From Mycobacteriales bacterium (GTDB taxonomy: Bacteria > Actinomycetota > Actinomycetes > Mycobacteriales > SCTD01): a stretch of 64,000 nucleotides of DNA. The notes under the pieces are model-generated. The model made no database searches and was not told the origin of the DNA. It saw nothing but the letters and a program-made list of their open reading frames with translations. The translations under genes were made by a program, and so were the position numbers. This document shows, one piece after another, positions 31,100-39,654 of this stretch (within the stretch, counting starts at the first letter, position 1; every line of letters starts with the position of its first letter). The DNA is taken from contig JBBRNK010000007.1 in NCBI GenBank assembly GCA_038230355.1, positions 111,529-175,528 of the forward strand, given 5' to 3'.

Positions 31100-31348
31100 A
31101 TGCAGGGCTCGCACGTCGGGCAGGTAGGAACTGTCGTCGCCAGGATCCGCGGCGCCGAGCTGCCGGGGGAGGTACGGGTCGTCCACCGCGGGGTGCCCCA
31201 CACCTTCCTGGCGTACTCGGCCGAGGCACTCCCGGTGGGGACACCGATTCTCGTCATCTCCTCACGGGGACCTGGCAAGGTGGAAGTCGAGCGGTGGATC
31301 CTTGCTGCAGGGGATACTGATCTCCTTCCCCCTGTTGCCCCTGCCTGA
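31100..31348 (+). CDS. NfeD-like OB-fold domain protein (flotillin-associated), short form without TM segment
   Basis: 82 aa with GGAGG 8 nt upstream of the ATG. The beta-rich pattern GQVGTVVARI...GEVRVV...LAYS...LPVGTPILVISSRGPGKVEV matches the NfeD C-terminal beta-barrel. It lies immediately upstream of flotillin. Confidence 0.5.
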   Translation: MQGSHVGQVGTVVARIRGAELPGEVRVVHRGVPHTFLAYSAEALPVGTPILVISSRGPGKVEVERWILAAGDTDLLPPVAPA

Positions 31349-31375
31349 GCCGGCCGGGCTGTCGAAGGAGCACCT

Positions 31376-32626
31376 GTGTTCGGCTACAAGATCCCGCACC
31401 CGGACGAGGCCCTGCTGATCAGCGGCAAGAAGCTCAAGGGCAGCGACGACGTCCAGTTCCGGATCGTCACTGGCCACGGGACCTTCGTGATGCCCATCTT
31501 CACCAGGTCCTCCACGATCACCCTGGCCATGCAGGAGGCGGAGGTCGAGGAGAACTGCATCACCCAGCAGGGCCTGATCCTGAACGTCAAGGCGGTGATC
31601 GCGTTCAAGGTCGGCGACGACCACGAATCCATCAGCGCCGCTGCCCGCCGGTTCCAGGCCGCCCAGGAGCAGATGCCGGTCCTGGTACGACGGATCTTCT
31701 CGGGGCACCTTCGGTCCATCGTCGGCTCGATGACGGTGGAGAGCATCATCCGGGACCAGCAGACCCTGAGCGAGAACATCCTCGACGCCAGCAAGGGCGA
31801 GATGGCCAGGATGGGACTGGCCATTGACTCGCTGCAGATCAGCGAGATCGACGACATGGGCAGCGGCTACATCGCCGCGCTCGCCGCCCCGCACCAGGCG
31901 ACGGTCAACCAGGCCGCCAAGATCGCCCAGGCGGCGGCCGACCAGGCCAGCGCGATGGCCCAGCAGGAGTCCGACCGCAACCAGGCCGAGTATGCCCGCG
32001 CGACCGCGGTGAAGCGGGCCGAGTACCAGGCCGAGATCGACCAGGCGGAGGCGAGGCAGGCCGCCGCAGGGCCATTGGCCGAGGCGCAGGCGCAGCAGGC
32101 TGTGCTCGCCGAGCAGGCGAAGGTGGCCGCCAAGAACGCAGAGCTGCGCGAGGTCGAGCTCGTCGCGGAGATCGTCAAACCGGCCGAGGCCGAGGCCCAG
32201 GCGACCCTCGTCACGGCGCGGGCCCAGTCCGAGGCGACCCGGCTGTCGGCGCACGCCAACGCAGCCGAGGGCCGGATCGCCTTGGACCAGAAGCTCCTAT
32301 CGATGCTGCCCATCCTGGCCGAGGCCGCCGCGGACGGGTTGAAGGGTGCGAACGTGACGGTGCTGAACGGCGCCGACGGGATCAATGGCGTCGCCGCGGG
32401 TATCGCCGGCCAGGGCATGGCCATTCTGAACGCGCTCCGCGACGGCCTTCAGCACAGCGGCCAGCAGCTGCTCGAGAACCTGCCCCCCCTGTCCGCCGAC
32501 GGCACGGAAACGATGCCCGAGGCAGAACGACGACTGGCACTCGAAGCGGCGGACGCCCCCGAACTCGACCAGGAGCCGATTCCGGCCCTGCGTCGCAGAG
32601 CCACGCGCAAGCGCACGGCTCCCTGA
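31376..32626 (+). CDS. Flotillin / SPFH (band 7) domain protein with long Ala/Gln/Glu-rich coiled coil
   Basis: GTG start after AAGGAG. There is an N-terminal SPFH domain, then the coiled coil (AEYQAEIDQAEARQAAAG...), and a C-terminal flotillin tail. Confidence 0.85.
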   Translation: MFGYKIPHPDEALLISGKKLKGSDDVQFRIVTGHGTFVMPIFTRSSTITLAMQEAEVEENCITQQGLILNVKAVIAFKVGDDHESISAAARRFQAAQEQMPVLVRRIFSGHLRSIVGSMTVESIIRDQQTLSENILDASKGEMARMGLAIDSLQISEIDDMGSGYIAALAAPHQATVNQAAKIAQAAADQASAMAQQESDRNQAEYARATAVKRAEYQAEIDQAEARQAAAGPLAEAQAQQAVLAEQAKVAAKNAELREVELVAEIVKPAEAEAQATLVTARAQSEATRLSAHANAAEGRIALDQKLLSMLPILAEAAADGLKGANVTVLNGADGINGVAAGIAGQGMAILNALRDGLQHSGQQLLENLPPLSADGTETMPEAERRLALEAADAPELDQEPIPALRRRATRKRTAP

Positions 32627-32638
32627 GCGTGGGTCGAC

Positions 32639-33760
32639 TCAGACCTGCACGCGGGCCGAGCCGAAGCGAGCCCGGGTGAAGGCAGCGACCACCCCGAAGC
32701 CGGCGGCCAGAAGGGCTGCTGTGCCGAACATCGTGCCCCACCGGTTGCCGCCCGCAAGCGGCGCGAGCGCCCCGGTCGCCAGACCGCTGCCGAGAAACAG
32801 CATGGCTGCGAAGAGCGACACCATCGCCGCCCTCGCCTCGGGGACGACCTCGGTCGCCCAGGCCTGCATCGTCGAGTGCATCGCGGCCCACCCACAGCCG
32901 ACGAGCAGCGCGGCAACCCCGACAGGGAGGGGTTCCTGGCTGACGGCCACCAGGAGGTAGGCCACCACGAGCGACAGCGTCCCGGCGGCGATCAGCCGCG
33001 CCGGAGGGGTGCGCCCGACAGCCCGCTTCACCACGCGGGAGGCAAGCAGCAGCCCGACGCCGTACAGGGCAACGACGAGGCCGGCGGTGGTGGCACTGCG
33101 GCCGGTGCTCTCGACCGCCGGTGCCAGGTAGGTGAGCAGCCCGAGCAGGGCCGCGCCCTCGACGAGGGTCAGACCGAGCACCCGCCGACCCCAGCGGTGC
33201 CGCAGGACGGTGCCGACGCCCCGCTGCGCCGACGCGGACAGCGCGGGCTCGGGAAGCCTGCGCAGCAACAGGACCAGCACCGCCGAACCCACCACGGGAA
33301 CGGCGAAAGCCGCCCGCCAGGACACACCGGCCGCCAGCACCCCTCCAAGGGCGGTGGCGAGGGTGATGCCCCCTGCGGTGGCGGCGTTGAGGTCGGTGAG
33401 GGTGTGTTGCCGACGGGCCATCGGCACGGCGTCGCCGACGTAGACCAGGCAGCTGGGTACGACGGCCCCCATGGCCGCTCCCGCGAACGACCGGGCCACG
33501 ACCAACGTCGTGAGGGTAGGCGCCAGCACGGCGCACAGGCCGGCCACGGTGGCTACTGTCAATGCCAGCCGCATGGTTCGGACCCGCCCCAGCCGGTCGC
33601 TGCACAGTCCCCAGAAGGGCTGGCTCACGCCGTACAGCAGGTAGTAGGTCGAGGCGACCGACGCGGCGGTGGCGAGATTGACCGAGAAGTAGGCCGCGAC
33701 CGTCAGCAGCAACGGACCGGTCACGAAGCGGTCGAAGCTGCTGGTCGCGGAGGCGGCCAT
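32639..33760 (-). CDS. MFS transporter
   Basis: ~373 aa with 12 hydrophobic segments. The start was chosen at MAASATSSFDRF (cat at 33758-33760). Confidence 0.75.
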   Translation of the reverse strand: MAASATSSFDRFVTGPLLLTVAAYFSVNLATAASVASTYYLLYGVSQPFWGLCSDRLGRVRTMRLALTVATVAGLCAVLAPTLTTLVVARSFAGAAMGAVVPSCLVYVGDAVPMARRQHTLTDLNAATAGGITLATALGGVLAAGVSWRAAFAVPVVGSAVLVLLLRRLPEPALSASAQRGVGTVLRHRWGRRVLGLTLVEGAALLGLLTYLAPAVESTGRSATTAGLVVALYGVGLLLASRVVKRAVGRTPPARLIAAGTLSLVVAYLLVAVSQEPLPVGVAALLVGCGWAAMHSTMQAWATEVVPEARAAMVSLFAAMLFLGSGLATGALAPLAGGNRWGTMFGTAALLAAGFGVVAAFTRARFGSARVQV

Positions 33761-33896
33761 CAGCAACTGCACCTGTCCCCTCGCCACCGGAGCGGGACGG
33801 GTCAGTGAGGTCACCCCCTGACAGAACCACATCACGATGCTGTGACACGCGGCGCTCCCGCTTGCCCAGACTCCCCGAGGCAGCGAGCCTTCAAAG

Positions 33897-34952
33897 GTGA
33901 GACTTCTCGTCACCGGCGGCGCCGGCTTCATCGGCGCGGCGATCGTGAGCGCCGCCCTCGACGAAGGCCACCAGGTCGTCGTCCTGGACGCCTTGCTCCC
34001 GCAGGTGCACGCGGCCGGTTGGCCCGAGCACCTCGACCCGCGGGCCGAGCGGGTGCACGCCGATGTCCGCCACCTCGACGACAGCGCTCTGGACGGCATC
34101 GACGCGGTCTGCCACCAGGCAGCCATGGTCGGCCTCGGCGTCGACCTCGACGACCTGCCCGCCTACGTCTCCCACAACGAGCTCGGCACGGCCGTTCTGC
34201 TCTCGGCCATGGCGCGGCGCGGGATCACCCGGTTGGTCCTCGCGAGCTCGATGGTGGTGTACGGCGAGGGTGGCTACCGCTGCGAGGAGCACGGCCCCGT
34301 CCGCCCCGGTCCGCGTCGCGTGGCCGATCTCGACGCCGGCCGCTTCGAGCCGCCCTGCCCGGTGTGCGCAGCGCCCCTGGACAGCGTCGTCGTCGGCGAG
34401 GACGCGCCCCTTGACCCACGCAACACCTATGCCGCGAGCAAGACCGCTCAGGAGCACCTCGCCTCCTCCTGGGCCCGAGCCAGCGGCAGTACGGCGGTTG
34501 CTCTGCGCTACCACAACGCCTACGGGCCACACCTGCCCCAGGGCACGCCGTACGCGGGCGTCGCCAGCCTGTTCCGCAGTTCCCTGGAGAAGGGCCTGGC
34601 TCCCCGGGTCTTCGAGGACGGACGACAGGCCAGGGACTTCGTGCACGTCAGCGACCTGGCCCGCGCCAACCTGCTCGCCTTGGACAGCGGCACGCCAGGG
34701 ACGTTGACCGCCTACAACATCGCCAGCGGGACGCCCCACACCGTGGGCGAGATGGCGGGTGCGTTGGCGGCGGCGTTCGGTGGGCCGGCCCCGGTCGTGA
34801 CCGGGCAGTACCGACTCGGCGACGTGCGCCACGTCGTCGCCTCCCCCGAGAGGGCCCGCGCCGAGCTGGGGTTCACGGCGGCCGTGGCCTTCGACGACGG
34901 CATGAGGGAGCTCGCCACGGCACCGTTGCGGGCGGCGGTCGTACGTGCCTGA
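33897..34952 (+). CDS. NAD-dependent epimerase/dehydratase (UDP-sugar 4-epimerase-like)
   Basis: N-terminus MRLLVTGGAGFIGAAIV is a Rossmann motif, and a YxxxK catalytic motif (YAASK) is present. GTG start. Confidence 0.85.
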   Translation: MRLLVTGGAGFIGAAIVSAALDEGHQVVVLDALLPQVHAAGWPEHLDPRAERVHADVRHLDDSALDGIDAVCHQAAMVGLGVDLDDLPAYVSHNELGTAVLLSAMARRGITRLVLASSMVVYGEGGYRCEEHGPVRPGPRRVADLDAGRFEPPCPVCAAPLDSVVVGEDAPLDPRNTYAASKTAQEHLASSWARASGSTAVALRYHNAYGPHLPQGTPYAGVASLFRSSLEKGLAPRVFEDGRQARDFVHVSDLARANLLALDSGTPGTLTAYNIASGTPHTVGEMAGALAAAFGGPAPVVTGQYRLGDVRHVVASPERARAELGFTAAVAFDDGMRELATAPLRAAVVRA

Positions 34953-35592
34953 CGTCGTCCTGCCCTGCCTCGACGAGGCCGCTGCGCTGCCGTGGGTGAT
35001 CGGGCGACTTCCGCTGGGGTACCGGGCGATCGTGGCCGACAACGGGTCTACCGACGGCTCGCCGGACCTGGCCCGCAGCCTGGGAGCAAGGGTCGTCGAC
35101 GCTCGGCCGAAGGGCTTCGGCGCTGCGTGTCACGCCGGCCTGCTGGCGGCCACCGACGACATCGTCTGCTTCCTGGACGCGGACGGCTCGCTCGACCCGC
35201 AGCAATTGCCCCGGGTCGTGGCCCCGTTGCTCGCCGGGGCCGACCTCGTCCTCGGCCGTCGTCGGCCCACGGCCCGCGGGGCCTTCCCCCTGCATGCCCG
35301 ACTGGGCAACCGCGAGCTTGCCCGACAGTTGCGCCGCCGTACCGGCTACGACCTGCACGACCTGGGTCCGATGCGGGCCGGACGACGAGAAGCGCTGCTG
35401 TCGCTGGGGATCGAGGACCGACGCTCCGGGTACCCGCTGGAGATGGTGGGCCGGGCGGCACGACAGGGCTGGACCGTCGTCGAGGTCGACGTCGACTACC
35501 TCCCACGCAAAGGGCGCTCCAAGGTCACCGGCACGGTCCGCGGGACCGTGGGCGCCGTGCAGGACATGAGCCGGGTGCTGCGCACCCTCTGA
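34945..35592 (+). CDS. Glycosyltransferase family 2 (DPM1-like polyprenol-phosphate sugar synthase-like; TIGR04283-like)
   Basis: 215-aa GT-A fold with a D-A-D motif (FLDADGS). Its start overlaps the epimerase stop by 8 nt (GTGCCTGA). Confidence 0.8.
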   Translation: MPDVVLPCLDEAAALPWVIGRLPLGYRAIVADNGSTDGSPDLARSLGARVVDARPKGFGAACHAGLLAATDDIVCFLDADGSLDPQQLPRVVAPLLAGADLVLGRRRPTARGAFPLHARLGNRELARQLRRRTGYDLHDLGPMRAGRREALLSLGIEDRRSGYPLEMVGRAARQGWTVVEVDVDYLPRKGRSKVTGTVRGTVGAVQDMSRVLRTL

Positions 35593-35597
35593 AGCAC

Positions 35598-36752
35598 TCA
35601 GGCGGACTCGAGGTCATCGGCCGTCCGGCCGGCCGCGGGCAGCCTCACCACAACGCGGCAGCCCGGCCCCGCGTTGGCGATGGTGATCTCGCCACGGTGC
35701 GCCTCGACGAGCCCGCGGGCGATGGCGAGCCCGAGGCCGGCGCCACCGTCGTCGTCGGGCGTGCGTGCCGCCGTACCGCGGAAGGCGACGTCGAAGACGC
35801 GGGGCAGGTCGTCGGCCGGGATGCCACCGCACGCGTCGACGACCTCGACGAAAGCCGACCGCCCATCGGAGCCGGCCTGGATCGACACGACCCCGTCCGC
35901 GGGTGTGTGCCGGATCGCGTTCGACAGCAGGTTCCGCAGCACCCGGCCGAGCTCGGGCAGGCTCCCCTCGACGAAAGGCAACCCTTCTGCGGCGCCACCG
36001 ACCAGACGAACGCCCTTGGCTGTGGCCACCGGATGGGCCGACACCAGTGCGTCGCTGACGACGTCGGCGAGGGAGACCTCCTGCAGTGACAGCTGCAGGG
36101 CGGAGGCGTTGATGCGGGACAGCTCGAAGAGGTCGTCCACCATCGCGGCCAGGCGGTCGGCTTCGCGTCGCAGGCCCGCGTGGTAGCGACCCACCGTCTC
36201 GTCATCGGTCACGACCCCGTCCTCCAGGGCCTCCGCCATCGCGCGGATCCCGGCCAGCGGGGTCCGCAGGTCATGACTGACCCACGCCACGAGCTCCCGG
36301 CGCGAAGCCTCCAGGGCCCGCTCCCGCGCGCGGGACGCCTCGAGCCGGGCGCTGGTCTCGGCGAGCTGCCGGTCCAGGATGGCGAGCTCGGAGCTCAGCG
36401 GCCGACCGGTCGGGGTGTAGCCGCCGTCGCCGATGCCTGCTGCGGCAACCCCGAGGGCGCGGCTCCCGGCGACGACGGCCCGGCCGAGGACGACGGCGGT
36501 GACGATGCCGACCGAGCCGGCGACCAGAACCACGACGAGCAGAACCGACAGGTCGTGACCGGACAGGAACATCGCCTGGGCCGTGCCGAGAGCACCCGCG
36601 AGGACGGCACCCACGCTGACCATCGCGACGACGACGAGCGACAGCACGAGCGAGCGTTGCCGGATGGTGCGCAGCACCAGCAACCCGCCGACCGCCACGG
36701 CCACGGAGCAGGCAAGGGCGATGCCGATGACGAGCAGCAGATCCGCGATCAC
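35598..36752 (-). CDS. Sensor histidine kinase (two TM, HisKA + HATPase_c)
   Basis: H-box is SHDLRTPLAGI, with N-box and G-boxes (GGAGLGLAIARGLVEAHRGEI). The GTG start overlaps the response-regulator stop (GTGA). Confidence 0.9.
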   Translation of the reverse strand: MIADLLLVIGIALACSVAVAVGGLLVLRTIRQRSLVLSLVVVAMVSVGAVLAGALGTAQAMFLSGHDLSVLLVVVLVAGSVGIVTAVVLGRAVVAGSRALGVAAAGIGDGGYTPTGRPLSSELAILDRQLAETSARLEASRARERALEASRRELVAWVSHDLRTPLAGIRAMAEALEDGVVTDDETVGRYHAGLRREADRLAAMVDDLFELSRINASALQLSLQEVSLADVVSDALVSAHPVATAKGVRLVGGAAEGLPFVEGSLPELGRVLRNLLSNAIRHTPADGVVSIQAGSDGRSAFVEVVDACGGIPADDLPRVFDVAFRGTAARTPDDDGGAGLGLAIARGLVEAHRGEITIANAGPGCRVVVRLPAAGRTADDLESA

Positions 36753-37477
36753 ACGAGCTCCTCAGCGCTGACGACGGGTGACGGGTCATACCGATAGCCG
36801 ACGCCGAACACCGTGACCACCCGGGTGGGGTCGCGGGGGTCGGGCTCGACCTTCTCGCGCAGGCGCCGCACGTGGACGGTCACTGTGGAGTGGTCGGCGT
36901 ACTCCCAGCCCCAGACCTGCTTGAGCAGCTGCTCCCGGCTGAAAGCCTGCCGGGGGTTCTGGAGCAGGAACACCAATAGGTCGTACTCCCGCGCGGTCAG
37001 CGCGAGGGGCTTGCCGCCGCGCAGGACGAGGTGCGCCGCGATGTCGACGACGAGGTCCCCGTCGCGCAGGATGGTGCCCTGAGCCTGCGCCAGCGGGGCA
37101 GAGCTGCGGCGCAGCACCGACTGGACGCGCAGCACCAGCTCTCGAGGGGAGAAGGGCTTGGTGACGTAGTCGTCCGCTCCGAGCTCGAGGCCGACGAGCC
37201 GGTCCGACTCGTCACCCAGGGCGGTGAGCATCACGACGGGGACAGGGGCCTGGGCGCGCAACCGGCGGAAGACCTCGAGGCCGTCGAGGCCGGGAAGCAT
37301 GAGGTCCAGCACGACCAGGTCGGGAGGGTCGGCGAGCGCCCGGTCCAGGGCGAGCCGGCCGTCCGCCACGACGGCCACCGCGAAGCCAGCGTGCTCGAGG
37401 TAGCGGCCCACGACCTCGCTCACCGTCGGGTCGTCGTCGACCACGAGCACGCGCTGTCGCGCGGACGCCTGCGTCAT
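36749..37477 (-). CDS. OmpR-family response regulator
   Basis: Receiver domain (VLVVDDDP...DLVVLDLMLPGLDG) plus a winged-helix output domain (LTAREYDLLVFLLQNP...VRRLREK). Start MTQASARQ has a GAGGGAAG RBS. Confidence 0.9.
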   Translation of the reverse strand: MTQASARQRVLVVDDDPTVSEVVGRYLEHAGFAVAVVADGRLALDRALADPPDLVVLDLMLPGLDGLEVFRRLRAQAPVPVVMLTALGDESDRLVGLELGADDYVTKPFSPRELVLRVQSVLRRSSAPLAQAQGTILRDGDLVVDIAAHLVLRGGKPLALTAREYDLLVFLLQNPRQAFSREQLLKQVWGWEYADHSTVTVHVRRLREKVEPDPRDPTRVVTVFGVGYRYDPSPVVSAEELV

Positions 37478-37608
37478 GGTTCTTCCCTCTCGTCCCGTCC
37501 TGGTCCACGCTAGGCGGACGGCGACCGGAGCGCCCCTCCCGGGCGTGGACGTCACGGGGCTGTCATCGCCTCCGGGGTGCCCAGGACCCCGGGGATGCCT
37601 ACGGTCGT

Positions 37609-38385
37609 GTGATGCACCGACTGACCCTCGCTGTCGCCGTCCTGCTGGGCCTGAGCGCCTGCGGCCGTGACACCCCGCTCCCTGCGAGGGCGCTGGCCGG
37701 GACGGCGACCGGCACCGTCAGCACCGACAGCTACGCACCGTGGCCGCAGGCCGGTCACGACGCACGTCGCAGCGGCGCCAGCAGCAGCACCGGCCCGCGC
37801 ACCCCTGCACTCAGGTGGACACGGCAGCTCGAAGGCAACGTGACACCCGGGCCGGTCATCGGTCCCGGTGGCACGATCTATGCGGCCAGCAACGAGGGCA
37901 CGCTGCATGCCCTCGACCCTCGCACCGGCAAGGACCCGTGGACCTTCCCCCCCGCTGATGGCTATGGCATCGACCTGTCGACCTCACCGGCGGTGCTCGC
38001 GGATGGCACCGTGGTCTGGCCGGGTCCGGGTGGCCTCTACGCCCTCGACCGCACCGGCAGGCAGCTGTGGCGCGAGAGCGTTGCCGGGCCGACGTCACCC
38101 ACTGTCGACGACACCCGCGTCGTCGTCGGCAGCCAGAGCGGTACCGTCCTCTCCATCGACGAGCCGACCCACACCGTGCAGTGGCGGGTCGATCTTGGCA
38201 GCTCCAGCCACGGCTCGGTCGCCCTGTCACCCACCGACTCCCACCGCAGCTACCAGACCGCCGGCCACGAGCTGTTCGACCTGGAGACGGTAGCGACGAT
38301 CGACAGCTACCCGGCTTTGGGCGACGGGCTTCTGGTCGTCGGCGTGACCGACGGGCGCCTGCTCGCCGTCAGGGGCCTGGCATGA
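37609..38385 (+). CDS. PQQ-like beta-propeller repeat lipoprotein
   Basis: Lipobox LLGLSAC, followed by repeated G-T-(I/V)-Y-A/L-D-x-x-T-G-x-x-x-W blocks (GTIYAASNEGTLHALDPRTGKDPW, GGLYALDRTGRQLW). Its stop overlaps the next gene start (ATGA). Confidence 0.7.
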   Translation: MMHRLTLAVAVLLGLSACGRDTPLPARALAGTATGTVSTDSYAPWPQAGHDARRSGASSSTGPRTPALRWTRQLEGNVTPGPVIGPGGTIYAASNEGTLHALDPRTGKDPWTFPPADGYGIDLSTSPAVLADGTVVWPGPGGLYALDRTGRQLWRESVAGPTSPTVDDTRVVVGSQSGTVLSIDEPTHTVQWRVDLGSSSHGSVALSPTDSHRSYQTAGHELFDLETVATIDSYPALGDGLLVVGVTDGRLLAVRGLA

Positions 38386-39011
38386 CCGCAGCCCAGGTGC
38401 TCGTCCTCGCGAAGCAACCCGTCGCCGGTCTGGTCAAGACCCGCCTCACACCGCCGCTGACCCCCGACCAGGCCGCGGCCATCGCTCACGCGGCTCTGGA
38501 AGACACCCTCGACGCGGTACGACGGACCGAGGTGGACCATCGCGTCCTGGTCCTCGACGGCGTCTTCGACGCGCCGGGGTTCGTCGTGCACGAGCAGGTT
38601 CCGGGACCCCTCGACGTGCGGCTCGCCGCCGCCTTCGACGAAGCCTGGAAGGACCACACGGTCCCCCTGCTGCTGGTCGGGATGGATACGCCTCAGGTGA
38701 CGGAGGTCCTGATCGAGAGGGCCCTGGCCTGCCTGCTCTCCCCTGGCGTCGACGCGGTGCTCGGCCTGGCCGAGGACGGTGGCTGGTGGTGCCTCGGCCT
38801 GCGCCGCCCGCAGCCGCACCTGGTTCGTGGGGTGGTCACCAGCCGCGACGACACAGGTGCCGTGCAACGCCGGCGCCTGCTCGACGCGGGCCTGACCCTC
38901 GTGGATCTGCCGGTGCTGCGGGACGTCGACACGGTGGCCGATCTGCGGCACGTCGCGGAGCTCGCCCCCGAGGGTCGCTTCGCCCGTGTCGTGCGGGAGG
39001 TGCTCTCATGA
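38382..39011 (+). CDS. DUF2064 / TIGR04282-like GT-A-fold putative glycosyltransferase
   Basis: N-terminus MTAAQVLVLAKQPVAGLVKTRLTPPL is the family hallmark. The protein is 209 aa and is translationally coupled on both sides. Confidence 0.75.
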   Translation: MTAAQVLVLAKQPVAGLVKTRLTPPLTPDQAAAIAHAALEDTLDAVRRTEVDHRVLVLDGVFDAPGFVVHEQVPGPLDVRLAAAFDEAWKDHTVPLLLVGMDTPQVTEVLIERALACLLSPGVDAVLGLAEDGGWWCLGLRRPQPHLVRGVVTSRDDTGAVQRRRLLDAGLTLVDLPVLRDVDTVADLRHVAELAPEGRFARVVREVLS

Positions 39012-39640
39012 CGGCCGCCGTCGACCTCCACGCCGCGGGTCTGGACACCGATGCCCTGCCCCTTGTCCTGCGGTACCAGGACGGCAGCACGCGCACCCTG
39101 CCCGTGGGCACGTGGAGAGCAACACACGTCGCCGGTGACGAGGGCCTGCTCGACCGCTGCCGGGGCGCCACGCTCGACGTCGGCTGCGGCCCAGGTCGTC
39201 TGACGGTGAACGTCGGGCTGCGCGGACTGCCCGCGCTCGGGGTCGACATTGCCCCCAGCGCGGTCGCGCTGGCGCGTTCGCGCGGAGCCCTTGTCCTTGC
39301 CCGATCGGTCTTCTCAGCCCTGCCCGGCCACGGGCGGTGGAACACAGCCCTGCTGGCCGACGGCAACGTCGGGATCGGTGGCGACCCGGTGGGGCTGCTA
39401 GCCCGCCTCAAAGACCTGCTGGCGGTCGACGGCGTCGTACTCGTGGAGCTCGACCCTCCCGGCACGGCCAGCGGGCCGGTGCAGGTCCGCGTTGAGCACG
39501 TGGGCACGGTGAGCGACTGGTTCTCTTGGGCCCATGTCTGTGTAGACCATGCCGAGGTCGTCGCCGAAGCGGCCGGGCTACACGTCGTCGAGCAGTGGGA
39601 GGGTGCCGGCAGATGGTTCGCCGCGCTGGCCCGACCCTGA
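39008..39640 (+). CDS. Class I SAM-dependent methyltransferase
   Basis: Motif I is LDVGCGPGRL. The ATG overlaps the upstream stop (ATGA). Confidence 0.75.
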   Translation: MTAAVDLHAAGLDTDALPLVLRYQDGSTRTLPVGTWRATHVAGDEGLLDRCRGATLDVGCGPGRLTVNVGLRGLPALGVDIAPSAVALARSRGALVLARSVFSALPGHGRWNTALLADGNVGIGGDPVGLLARLKDLLAVDGVVLVELDPPGTASGPVQVRVEHVGTVSDWFSWAHVCVDHAEVVAEAAGLHVVEQWEGAGRWFAALARP

Positions 39641-39654
39641 AGGACCCGAGCCCC

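Noticed and set aside
29136-31244. 702-aa minus-strand ORF and 57741..59162 plus-strand ORF
   Set aside because: They are antisense to fhs and to dapA plus the DRPV gene respectively. They are artefacts.
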